A DNA stretch of 64,000 nucleotides from positions 1,240,001 through 1,304,000 of the forward strand of contig NC_047080.1 in the NCBI RefSeq assembly GCF_902459465.1, in the 5' to 3' direction. This DNA comes from Asterias rubens (taxonomy: Eukaryota). Shown here piece by piece: positions 26,391 to 39,400 of this stretch (position 1 is the stretch's first letter; each line of letters starts with the position of its first letter). The notes under the pieces were generated by a model, which was given only the letters and a program-made list of their open reading frames with translations, did not search any database and was not told the origin of the DNA. Both the position numbers and the translations under genes were made by a program.

Positions 26391-29300
26391 ATGTTTTCCT
26401 ACTATTACTGTACTTATATCCTCTTTATTTGTGTAGCCTCTTTACAAGTCAACCTATCACTTGGAGATGAGGAGCTTATAACGGACATTGATGAGGCGAG
26501 GGCGTTTTTATCCCGCTACGAAGAAAGTGCCAAAGTGGTATACTATGCCAGCTCTCTGGCTAGTTGGAAATTCAACACAAATATCACCGATTACAATCAG
26601 CAAAAAGATGTAAGTAAACACACGCATTGATTGTTACATTTTGACAGTGTAGGACTAGACCTATAGTTTACTGCTGGTACAGACCCGGGGAATTCGGCCT
26701 ATAGTCTATGTCAATCTAAAAGCATGTTGTATGTTGTACGAAAGTTTGGAACCTCCCTATCATCTTCTGACCCAATGGTGCCCGGTTCAAGGCGTCAAAC
26801 ATCCTTTAAATGAGCAGTCAATGTTGCATTTCTTTAAATGAGCAGTCAATGTTGCGTTTCTTGTTCATAATACGCACGGTACTTTAAAATTGGCCCTTTT
26901 TTGATACTTGAATATTTTCGAAATTTATTTTGTTTGGGAGGGTCTACTGGCTTCAAGAGACATTTGCATTTTCCTTCCTCCATGTTTGCATGAAAATTTG
27001 ATGTGACAATCAATTTTACAACTATCGGGGCATGTGCACACATACATTGGTAAAACAAAATAGTCGAAAACGGAAATTTTTAATTAAAGCGACTTCAAGA
27101 GACTTTTGCATGCAAATTTGATGTTTAAAATTATATCAAGTTCCCTATAACCAGGACGTATGTATACAAACATTACTGGGGGAAAAAAGAGGCGAAATGT
27201 ACTCTTTTGATATGTTGTTTTGGAGGATGTGAACAGAATTTTGCAAAAGAAAAATCGTTTCTGTTTCTGTTGCAATTTTGTCAAGGTCAAACCATAGATT
27301 GACTAGACGTCTATGCCAGAATACACATAGGGATCGAGCCTACCTGTTCTTTTAAAAAATTTCTGATTGACTTAAAGGTAGTGGACACTATTGGTAATTA
27401 CTCAAAATAATTATCATCATAAAACCTTTCTTGATTACGAGTAATGGGGAGAGGTTGATAGTATAAAACATTGTGAGAAACAGCTCCCTCTAAAGTGACG
27501 TAGTTTTCGAGAAAGAAGTAATTTTCCACGAATTTTATTTCGAGACCTCAAGTTTAGAACTTGAGGTCTCGAAATCAACCATCTAAACGCACACAACTTC
27601 GTGTAACAAGGGTGTTTTTTCTTTCATTATTATCTCGCAACATCTACCACCGATTGAGCTCAAATTTTAACAGGTTTGTTATTTCATGCATATGTTGAGA
27701 TACACCAAGTGAGAAGACTGGTGTATGACATTTACCAATAGTGTCCACTGTCTTTACTGAATATTTAGTATGAATGAAAACAAATTCATAACTCAATAAT
27801 AATATGTAAATTGTTGTATTCTAACTCCATTTGAAACGAGGATTGGCTTTAAAGGCACTGGACACCTTAGGTTAATGCCAGAGGCCAGTATTCACTTGGT
27901 GTATTCCAACTTGCAGACAATAACAAACCTGTGAAAGTTTGGGTTCAATCGTTCATCGGAATTGCAAGAGAATTTTGAAAGAATGACACCCTTGGTGCAC
28001 AAATTTGTGTGCTTTCAAGTGCGTAAGAAAAGGCTTGAAGTCTTTTCTTAGAAATTACCTTTCTCAAAAGCTACATTAAAGAGTAGGGAGATGTTATGCT
28101 ATCAGCAGCTCTCCATTGCTCGATACCAAGTAAGTTTTTACAGTTTTGTTCACTAATACCAATAGTGTTCACAGTGCATTAAAGGCAATTTGGCTTCTGT
28201 GTCCTTGCTCTATGCTGTGACACATGACGAAAAAGTTAGGCATGAACTAGAGTTGTGGACAATATTCGTGAAAGGTCACACGCGGTGAGAAAGTCGAGTT
28301 GTGGAGGTGCTCTCGCGAGATCACTGCTCTCGCGCGAACTGCTGGTTACCCGATTATCTGCTCCTCACTCATCATCAACGGGAGTAGAAGTCAGACAACC
28401 AGCAGTTCGCATGAGAGCAGTGATCTCGCGAGGGCACGCCACAACTTGACTATTTCCACCGAGTGGGACCATTAACGACTTGTCCACAAGTCTAGGCAAG
28501 ACCCAGTCCAAAAGGTGGCTCATGTTACCCTGGACCTTCCCCTCCCAATTTATGATCGAAATAATTCATTCTCGAAATAATTCATTCCTCTCGATGATAA
28601 TCATGAAGTATCATTCTGATTCATGGGTCATTATGTCAAACTTGATCAAACAAAACCAAAATAAGCGATCTCTTATGTAAATAGCGCCTACCAAGTTGTG
28701 CTGTTTGCACAATCCCGACTACCTTTTTAGTTGAAATTAAAGGGAAGTCACGTGAAAGATAATGCAGTATATGACGCACCAAAAGGTCGCAACCGCATTA
28801 AATCAACAAATTCACGACTATTATCTTATCTATCGTGTTTTTATGGTCGAAACTAAAGGATTTCATGATAATAAAGTTCGGGTACTTGCATATCACTTAT
28901 CGACACTTGAGAATTTTAAATTGAAGTGAAATAATTTATTGCCACTTCATTCCAACGCCTCCCCTCCGATCCCCATACTGCCCACAAATTGTATTATGAA
29001 TAATATTTTCATTTATATTATATCCCTCCCTTTTCCTGAGTGTACCCCTGAGATTCGGTTTCAGCCATAAGTAAATAATGACATTAATTTGTTGTCAAGG
29101 CTTGAACAAAACAATCGTTTATATTCTTCCAAGCTTGAAGCCAGTCTCGTGTCAGCCGCTTTCGGAAAAGAAGCTTACGACAATGCCACCAGATTCGACG
29201 AGACTGGTTTTCCAGAAGACATCAAGAGACAGTTCCAGAAACTCAAAGACATTGGATCTGATGCACTGGAGCCTAGCAAAGTTGAAGAGGTAAAGATTAA

Positions 29301-32300
29301 TTTCTTGCCCACTTATTTACACCTTTTTGAAACCTAATTGCAGAATGTTCACTTTCCTTACTTTTGTTTCGTATTTAGTACAACCAGGTCATTAGCAAAA
29401 TGACCGACAACTATGGCAAAGGTACGGTGTGTAGACCGAATGATGCAAGCGACTGTCTTCAAATTGAGCCGGGTAAGCCTGTACTAGTGCAGCTCACTTT
29501 TTCCATTTTTCTTGAAACTCGAAACACACTTTTGTGATGACGGTTCTAATGATTTAAATTTTGGACTTTGTGCCTCACGATTTGGTAAAGTCGAACTTAT
29601 AAAAAAAAATTAAAGTACATGTAATACGTATGTCCTGTAGCTATAGCTTACCGGGCCGTTGTTTATACCCATGTTCACCGTCATTAAGTTGTGTTTGTCC
29701 CATTCTGCAATGTTTTTTTGTTTTTTCAGGTTTGGGTAAAATCATGGCTTCTTCCGAAGACTGGGATGAGCTATTGTGGGCCTGGCAAGGATTCCGAGAT
29801 GAAGTCGGGATACCAAACAAACCACTCTACAAAGAGTATGTGGCACTGGCCAATGAAGCTGCTCGTCTAAATGGTAGGGTACCTACAGTCAGTGTGCTTT
29901 AAAATTTCTCATAATTTATTTTATTACAGTTTAATGCTTTGCTGGTAATAAAGAGAATTAACACACTATTAGCAATCTCCGTTCACACGATGGTCGGCCA
30001 ACTATATGGATTTAATAAAATGATCAAATAATATTGAATTTTTCTCGATCTCACTGGATACTATGGAGTATTGTGTACCTGTGCTTTCAGCCAGTAAAGG
30101 ACTGTCCTATGCCTATTCATGCCTTACCAAACATAGGCCTATATCATAGTCTGCTTAACTGAATACGTTTCAATTCTCGTCTTTTCTCCAGGATATGCTG
30201 ATATGGGCGAGTACTGGAGATCCGATTACGAGAGTGAAACCATCATTGCGCAGTCGTATGAGCTTTATAATCAGATCCTACCATTATACAAGCAGCTTCA
30301 TGCCTACGTCAGACGCATCATGAATACCAAACACAGCGATCACGTGGATCTAACTGGACGTATCCCATCCAACCTACTCGGTGGGTTGATTTATTACCTC
30401 AAGTTTGCCTTCAGATGCAAAATAGGCATATTATAAACAAAAGTCATTAAAAAAAATATAGGCCAATGACGATATTTGTAAGAAAATAACCCCACTGATT
30501 ATTATAGTATTATGACGCACAAAGAAACGACCGTCATCATCACAAACACCTTGGTTCATAATATGAATTAGGGTAAAAGGAAAACTGTGTGTTATATCAT
30601 GGAGGTAGCAAAAGTGTATGTGTATGGAGGTAGGAAAAGTGTTTGTGCGCATTTTGGGCGACGTGATAATACATCACAGATATGGTTTTGTTTTAAGAAA
30701 TTCCAAAGTCTGAAACTTTACCCGTTATATCTTGTATGCCATTTATACTGCTAAGCTGTATTTCATGACTAAACTGCTGCAATTTTATTACAGGAGACAT
30801 GTGGGGTCGCTTCTGGGGCAATATCTACAAACAAGTTGTTCCTTATCCAGACGCCCCAAATATTGACGTAACCGATGCTATGATTGAAAAGGTAAATAAA
30901 AGTAGCCAAGTGCCTTGAACTCAAGTTGGTTATGTTCCAAACTATTTGCCGAATAAAAACTGGTTGAACTGTTTGAGAACCGATCGCAAACCTATTGCAA
31001 TATTTTCGGAAACTACTTTACATTTCACCCTGCACTCCCAGGTCAGCTGACCCAACTAGGGTCACGATGTGCCTTTTGCATTTTTTGGTCAGGCTGCCCT
31101 GGAAACTGGTTTTAAAGGTAGAATTAAACTCGTAGTTAACGTCTTTTTTAGCCATTTCTGGGTCATTTTGACAGATTCTGCGTCATACTGCCCTGGGGTC
31201 CCGGAATTTTGGTCATTGTGCCGGGCGGTGTCCCGAAATTCTGTCCACCTGAGATTTATGCCCCTCGGCGAAAATGTACGTGGCCTGATGGAGGAGAATT
31301 CAAAAGAGGGCGCATTCAAAAGAGGTTTGTACACATGTCTCGACATCAGAATGGGGTCCGAATCTCCGGGGGGGGGGGGGGTTCTTGCCACACCGGGAGT
31401 GTTATAGTGTGGCCAACAGCATGAATTGATTCGATGGTTGGGGCAATAAACCGAGTCGACATGAAATCTAAAATCTGTGTTTTATACTAAAGGGGTTAAC
31501 TCCCTTGGAGATGTTCGAAATGGGTGACGATTTCTTCGCTTCCTGTGGCCTGATACGAGTCAATGATGCCTTCTGGAATAATTCTATGATTGTTAAACCT
31601 ACTGATGGCAGGGAGGCTGTTTGTCACCCAACAGCCTGGGATATGGGCAACGGTGAAGATTTTAGGCAAGTGAACAATGTATACTTGGTTCATGCTTGAT
31701 TCTTTAGCACCTCTCATAGAATCGAATAATGTGCCAAACAAGATTTTTGTAAACAAAGGCATTTTTTCAAAGCAGTCAAACAGCTGATCAGGCCGAACAG
31801 AGTTGCTCATCATACGAATGACATGTTCCTGTTTGTCTGAAAAAAATGTGATTAAATAATATCCCCAAATCGATATTCAAAGTTCTTTTAAACTATGTAC
31901 TTTTTTTAATGCGTTTTTTTGTTTTTGTTTTCAACTATAGAAAGTTTCACAATTTTTTTGTATAATAAATTAAAAAAATAATTAGGTCTAACCAGGTTTA
32001 ATAAGTGATTTTTTTACGCCTTCATTGTAGAATTAAGATGTGTACCGAGGTCAACATGGAGTATTTTCAAACCATCCATCATGAGCTTGGCCACATACAA
32101 TATTACATGCAATATAAAGATATCCCATTGCTCTTCCACGGTGGTGCCAATGGGGCCTTCCACGAGGCCGTAGGCGAAGTGATGACACTGTCTATTTCTA
32201 CGCCTGCGCACTTGTCCCATCCTGACGTCGCACTTCTTCCCCCAGGGACTGGTGCAGATAAAGGTAAATAATGACATTATTATAACTTCAAAGCCGGAAA

Positions 32301-34958
32301 CAAATCTCTCAGAAAATGTTATTGTTGAGCAGAAAAAAATGTGTTTGTCAACTGGGCCTATTATGTTATTTATGTACACGATTCTTAAGTAAGCAAGTTG
32401 CAATACACGGTGTGACCTGTGACATCACATGTTTACAAGAGAGCCACAGAGCCTGGACTTCCTGCAGGCACGATTTGTACACAGCTCAAACATAAAATCT
32501 TATATTATATGGAGATTGCACTGTCTAATTCTTATCAACTTTTGATGAAAGGGGCTCATCTCAAAAATTGTCAAGCTTTTACTTTCAGGATTTTATGTGG
32601 AAATATGACACATGTCAACTTTCCCATTACCCACAGGGCCATTGTAGTATACTGCCTGCCAGAATACTCAAAGAATGCAACAAGTTCACACTTATTGTAA
32701 ACAAGGTTCACATGGTCTATACTCTCAGCAAACCTTTTGTGCCCATTACCTGCTCATGGAAATTGAAATAAATACAATTTTGCATGAATACGAAAATAAG
32801 TCACTACAATTTACTAACGTCGATCACTCTATAAAGTACACAGAGTGGGGATTTCTTTTAGATAAAAAGCTGACACGTTTATTTTCCTTAAAATACATTC
32901 AGAGACTGATATCAACTTTCTACTGAAGACAGCGTTGAATACAATTGGTACCCTGCCCTTTAGCATCGCTTTGGATCAATGGCGATGGGATGTATTCGCT
33001 GGTAACATCACTGAGGATAAATGGATGGAAAGATGGTGGCAACTAAAGTAAGTTGAGTTTTCTGAAAACAACTTTATGCAACTGTCATCCATTTTCGTTT
33101 TGAGCAAAGTAGGTGGAAGGTTGCAATAGCTTATTCAAAACTTTGTTATTTATTGGTGTATTGACTATCTTGTCATACTTTCTCCAGGCATGATCTTGTT
33201 GGTGTAAAGGCTCCAGTGACACGGACTGAGAATGATTTCGATGCCGGTGCAATGTACCACATCGTCGTCGCTTACCCGTTCCTTGGGTAAGTATAAGCTG
33301 CGTCTATAGCCCTTTTTGAAATCACGGCTTTGGCTTTGGTTCCGGCTTTAGGCTCCGTTCTCTCGTCTGAAGCCATGCGCGTATACGCAAAGCACGTACA
33401 ACTGTCAAAACAACCACACGGGGCCAAGCTAGCCTATGCCGAATCTGGAGCCGTAGTCGTTGATTTGTAAAGGGTGTATGATTTATAGTTTGGTAGTTCT
33501 GTAGGCCAGTGGTGTGAGCTTATATTTAAATAAATTTTATCCTACAGGTATTTCATCCGTACGGTCATCCAGTTCCAGTTTCAGAAAGCATTGTGTGACG
33601 CAGCGGGACATACGGGACCTTTACATCGATGTGACTTCTACAAGTCGCAGGAGGCAGGCCAGAAACTCGAGTAAGAATGTATACGGTTGTTTATACTAAA
33701 CAAGTTGCTATTACTGCAACCGCAGTAGGTATATTGCTATAGCCTCAGCATTGTCTCTGTCGGGTAATGACGTCATTACTATTTTTTAACATAGTAATTT
33801 ATATTGCATATTTGTTGTTTTTTAAGTTGTTGATTTAACTTGTTTTTTTTTTAGAGCTATGCTTAAGTTGGGAACGAGCAAGCCCTGGCCAGATGCAATG
33901 GAAGCCATTACAGGTCAAAGGTTAATGACAGCAGACGCCATCAACGCCTACTTTGCGCCATTGAAGACATGGCTCGAAGAGACCAACGAGAAGAATGGAG
34001 AGAAAATTGGATGGGAGACTCAGGGTAAGTTTAGGTCCCGGTCAACATTACATGGTTTTTAAAAATTAAGTGTTCATATAACGCACTAACCTTTGCATTT
34101 TACCATTTTTGTGTTGCTGATCTTTTGTTTGCCCTTTTTAGAACGAGTAATGTAAACGCTGACAAGAGTGTTAGTGGGTAATGTGAACTGCTTTTGTGGG
34201 TTTTGTGAAGGTTTGCATGATTTGAAACACAATAAAATACGTTTTTAATATTCCTATCACAGTATCAACTTTGTTTTATGGAATCCTTTGGCACGGTGTC
34301 AGTGGAACCTGTCGATCGTTGGACCTCTGTGTCTGGCGGTGCTTAATAAGTAAAGCACGAAAATAAGCATGGAACCTGTTTGTGAATTTGCCATTATATT
34401 TACTCAATCCATTTCCTTTTAACAAAAATTGTTTGCACTTTATTTTTACGTGTATGCTGCACATGGCATGGTTAACTATCCACTTCTATTTTCCCACTCT
34501 GGTACGCTTATATCAGCTTCACACTCGTCAAACCACGTGCATGCAATTGTTTTTCAAATTTTCCAACTGAATGGTAATCTATCAATAGCGCTTATGCATG
34601 AAGCGCCTCCTTTAAATAAAATATACCGCAAATCATCTCAGGAAACCGAGTACAGTTAGAATAAACTCAGCTGCCCAAATGTATGCCATGTTTTAAAGCT
34701 GTGTACGACCGTGGTTCTCCGTTTGTATCTTGGACTCGAATTTCACCCAGAATCCTTTGCACGCCGATCATGCGCAATGGGACATGTGGGTAATTTCTCT
34801 CTTAAGTACACGCACGGTTCCTTTTTTTAACTGTCTAAAACAAGATGTTGTTTTTGCTATACACAGAACCTGACGCTGGGGATGGTGCTTATTTACTACC
34901 TGGTGTATCCATGCTGTTGCTGGTCTTATGTCTGATAGCTACACGGTTACAAATGTAA
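26391..34958 (+). CDS. ACE2-like: Single-domain M2 family peptidase, copy B (ACE/ACE2 family), signal peptide and GPI-like tail
   Basis: 13 exons at the same positions as copy A: 26391-26609, 29134-29289, 29379-29472, 29730-29873, 30192-30380, 30794-30891, 31493-31665, 32031-32263, 32903-33047, 33188-33286, 33548-33670, 33855-34024, 34867-34958. HELGH and FHEAVGE intact. Confidence 0.93.
27376..27753. mobile_element. Kolobok-like MITE, copy 2
   Basis: ttaa|aggtagtggacactattggtaattactc...caatagtgtccactgtct. Confidence 0.85.
27853..28178. mobile_element. Diverged Kolobok-like element (related subfamily)
   Basis: ttaa|aggcactggacac...gtgttcacagtgca|ttaa. Confidence 0.5.
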
Positions 34959-36461
34959 AGCGAATGTGGGGCCAATAGTTTGATAAGGCTCTACACTTAT
35001 CACTTCTACTAAGGGTTGATCCGGGTCCCGTGGGCCTGACACACTTCTGGATCACGTGACTCCGAAAATGGGTCAAAATTGACCCAGAATGGGTCAGGTC
35101 CCATACGACCCGGGATCCGGTCAATTCTTAACAGGGAATTCTAGAGTATATCTTACCAGATACAGTTGCGGGAACAAAATTGAGCCAGTGATGCAATCTT
35201 GTAACTTCATTTATTTTAATCATTTTAGTCATTGTTGCTCCTCATTTTATCTACATGCCAATTAAATCTTAAGATGACTGTGTTTGAACTACAATAATGT
35301 ACACGAATTGGTTTTGACTTTGTTTTGGAAGCATACCTCATTTATTTCCCCAAATGATGCTAGTTCAGTGTATCAGTGTGCATCTACCGTTAGTTTTAGC
35401 TTCATGGCAAACACAGCTCCCCTACCATTAGTTGATTCCAATATCTGTTACATGATACTCGAGCCCGTAGAGGGCGTGCACAACAGCTCGCCCGTGTTTT
35501 ATTTCTATGGTGTAAAACTAATTTTGAATAACACAGGACTCCTATATCCGACTAAGGCCACAATACAAAATAAGTCCAACTGTTAGTAGATGATCACAAC
35601 ATAATAATTAATAAAAATTAGGAACTTTTAGTTTTAGATTTGTCACAATAGTAGTGTCACAACCCTAAAACGACTCATGGTCACATTGCTGCATGCTGAG
35701 CATAGTATGCTTTTAGCTGTTCAGATTTAATACACTAATCAATATTGCAAACTAATTATTAGACGGTCCGATTAAATGACTGATGTATTCATTTAACACA
35801 TTTAATCTTGGCTGTTATTTAACATGTAGTTTGCCTATAGTATAGCACATTATAGAGCCACCTAGTCGCCTATTAGCTCCGTTGCGCATTGAACTTTAAT
35901 AAAAATGGAATAGAACTATTTACCATTACAATGTAGTAAACAGTTCAAAATGTAGATTAGATTCACTTAGTGCACATGATTGGAATAGCTACATCGGGTA
36001 TACTTCCATCGATGTAGAATGCATGGAGCGCTAGTCAACACCGGCTACACGGATAAAAACAAACCCATCGGGGAAAGAAACGTACAACCAACGCGGCAAA
36101 CTTAAAACAGTGTGTTTCACTGAACCCTATGCTCATCAACCAAACGGTGCAAATGTAAAGTATAACTTTGAAATTTGGAACTTCCGTTCAATTGAATACA
36201 CAATCTGAGAAACGTTTCTGCAAGAAGCGTTTCTCATATTATTTTGTTTTTAATCCCTTACTCTAAAACCACAATTCCTTTGAAGAGAAACTTTTCTCAA
36301 AATGTTATACATTATCATCAGCTGCGGTGCTTCTTATATAAATGGAACCTATTATGGCGATTCATTGTAGCAATTACCAAAGGTACAGTCCCTTTAAGCT
36401 TGATCTGTAAGTTTCCCGTTTCGGATGAATACTGAATGCTGTATTAATTCTCCACATGAGT

Positions 36462-39400
36462 TCATCTGAATCTGAGGAATGGATACAGTTTAGGTCTCGT
36501 ACATCGTCGTCTTCTTTTCGCCATGGGGAACTTGATTAGAGGAGGCAGGCGGTCCTTCCAGTCACCCTGATCATTAAGAAAGAAAACGAGGTTAGAAAGA
36601 TATATCATAATTATGCAAATACATGGTTTCTGTCATCACACTACAGAAAGGTTTACATGCTTATGTTTTCCTATTATCAATATTCACACATATTGTTTTA
36701 CTACAGTAGAAAATGGTTGAATTATTACGAGCTTTTGTAAGTGTTGGAATACATTAAAAACTGATGTTTTCATGACCTTGATAACTTATGCACGCATTTA
36801 CCGTTTAATTTGTTTAGGCTATCTGTAGTGCTAGGATTGCCCTAAGGAGGAATTGGGATGAAAATGTGAATTATTTGACACTCGACAAGAACACCAACTT
36901 TCAAAAAAAAATATCTGACTGAAACGCAGATCCTCCCAATCGATTTGCAGTAATATTATTGGTTAAACGTGACTCACATGGAATGGTTGCCCAGACGACC
37001 TGAGGCACTCCATGTCTATTGGCGCCTGATCTATGACGTATTGCCATAGCAATTTGACACTCGGTGTCCAAGTGATACTTTGAAATTGCCTGGCCACTGC
37101 TGCCGGAGAGAGGTCTTCAGAACGTTTGTTGTTTTTACCCCTGGTGAGTTCACAAAAACCAATCGGTTATTATCAAGTTTTTTAATTATTGTTACGTTGT
37201 TACACTTGCCTTTACATCAAGTTCTTGATTTACGTAAAAGTTTTAGTGTTAATTTATTTAAAATTACGTTAAGGATGACTAGTGGGTGTAACACAATAAT
37301 ATTGTCCAGAACCGTCCATGTTAAAGGAGTTCCTAATTGAATTTTCTTACCCATTTACGAATGTGAAGAACGCATCCAGTGCTGTATTGGAAACAGTACT
37401 TTTGCAAACCTCCAGACCACTGCTTGGATAGTAGTGCATGTAGTTAACACACATCTCGTCTTGTATCCCGAATCCACCCTGGTGCAATACACATAATATA
37501 AGTGAGAGTTTAGCCTAGAATGATTTAGTCTGGCTACAGACTCACTGTGATCATGACGACAGTGCACCTTTAAGCAGATGGGTGATGAGGACATGTTTTT
37601 TTTCTTTCTCAGAGAGCCTTAAATAATCTCGTTTGTAAATCATGCTGTACTAAATTTACAAAGGTTCGGTAATGATGCCGATTATCATGAAAATGTAATA
37701 AGCTCTTACACACTTAATTGTTTTAAGTGAGAATTCATTGCTGAAAAAAGGCTAAATCATAGGATCCACATTAATTGTTATGAGATAAGTTAATAGTGGC
37801 ATTTTCACCTGTTGGTAACCCTTTACACTCAATATCCTCAGTATAGAAGAAGATGAAGAGCAAGATTTATGTATAAGTTTGACAAAATAACGGCTGAACT
37901 TCTTTACCTAGCTGATATCAAAAGTTTGAATTCAGACAAAAGTCTAAAAATACTAAAAATCTCTTCCCTGTTAATATTATTATTATATTAAGGCGTTATC
38001 CTGAGCTCACCAGTGTTGTGTTTCTTCGTGATGATGTATCATACCTACATGTTGTAATCAGAGCATCTCCCTACGGTAAAAACCAGAAACAATACAAAGA
38101 TTACAAACCCACCCAAATCTCATTCATAGTACATCTAAATTTAGATCGATAAAACGGCATGTTCTAAGTTGACATTTGTCCTACGGTCATCGATTTCACA
38201 CTTGCTGGTGGATGTTGATATAAATCGGTTGCTATGGTTACACACGCACTTACAAACCCATCCCTAGAGAAGTTACAGTTTCTACGGAGTGCGTTTGCGA
38301 TTCAGGCTGAGAAAGTGAATTAATATTGAATTAAAGAGTTACCTCATTACAAGATGTGAATTAAGGAAGAAATATAACGATTTCTTGAACCAGTCCAATT
38401 CTCCTAAGGTCATTCTATACATAAATTTCTCTCGATTCCCCCTAAGTTTGTTTCTTATAAATACTAAAGTATAGTCAAAGGCAGCTTACCGGGTAAACAG
38501 TGACATCTTCTTTGAGTAAACGAATTTCCTGAACAAAGAGGATAAACACATCTTATAAACTTATTAAGAAAATTTAACTTATGCAAATTTATTTGATTTT
38601 AAAGGGAAATTTTGCGATTGGAATTTTTTGGGGAAAGTAGTTTATTCCATCCTCTAGTAAGTTCTAGGTTTATTTGAGTGTCTGTGTTAATTGAATTTAA
38701 TAATTATTTTTAAGTGGAAACATTGGTTTTGGATTGGAGGTTTGGGGGAAAGCAGTTAATTTGTCATCCTTTGGTAAGTTCTTTATGGTTTATTTGAGTA
38801 TGATATATTTTACCTGAAACATTGAGTCGTAATGGTTATCTCTATTGAGTTCAGGTATCTCTACTCCATTTCGGACATGTTTGGTCCAGACCCCGGTGCC
38901 GCTAAGATGTGTGTGAAGCTGGGACGCAAACACATGGATACCTTCTCTGGGAATTCCCTAAAGAAAATTTGCAAACACATTTAAAAGTTGCCATCCTGTA
39001 AGAAGGTGATTTCAAGTTTCTTTGGACTATTCTGATGCAAAAGGAGCCAAGGCGGAAGGGCATTCATGCAGCAAGTGACTTCAGTGGCATGTTTTAATGT
39101 TTTGACCGACTTGTCCACCGCATAATGTCTTGCGTATTGTTGTAACAAAATTGACTACTCTAGAATTATGAAGTTTAGTTGTCAATACTTATAACTTTAC
39201 AGTGGATTAGTCTTCTTTATTCAGTGATGGCTTCTTGAGTTCTTAAGTTGATTTGGCGAGTACAATGTACATCCAGGATGTTATAAAAGTATGACGCAAA
39301 TTACGTGTGGTTAAGGGTTTATTCGAAACCACGTCTTTGCTTTGGAGTTCGGCTTTTTAGTGCGAGGTTTCATACAGTCAGACGGGGTCTAGGCCTGAGC

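Noticed and set aside
26805-26862. 30-bp tandem duplication (also small ones near 38620-38800 and 52490-52530)
   Set aside because: Ordinary intronic slippage duplications away from splice signals.
31069-31424. Overlapping 70-112 aa ORFs on both strands
   Set aside because: They lie within a GC-richer dispersed repeat in an intron and have no recognisable motifs.
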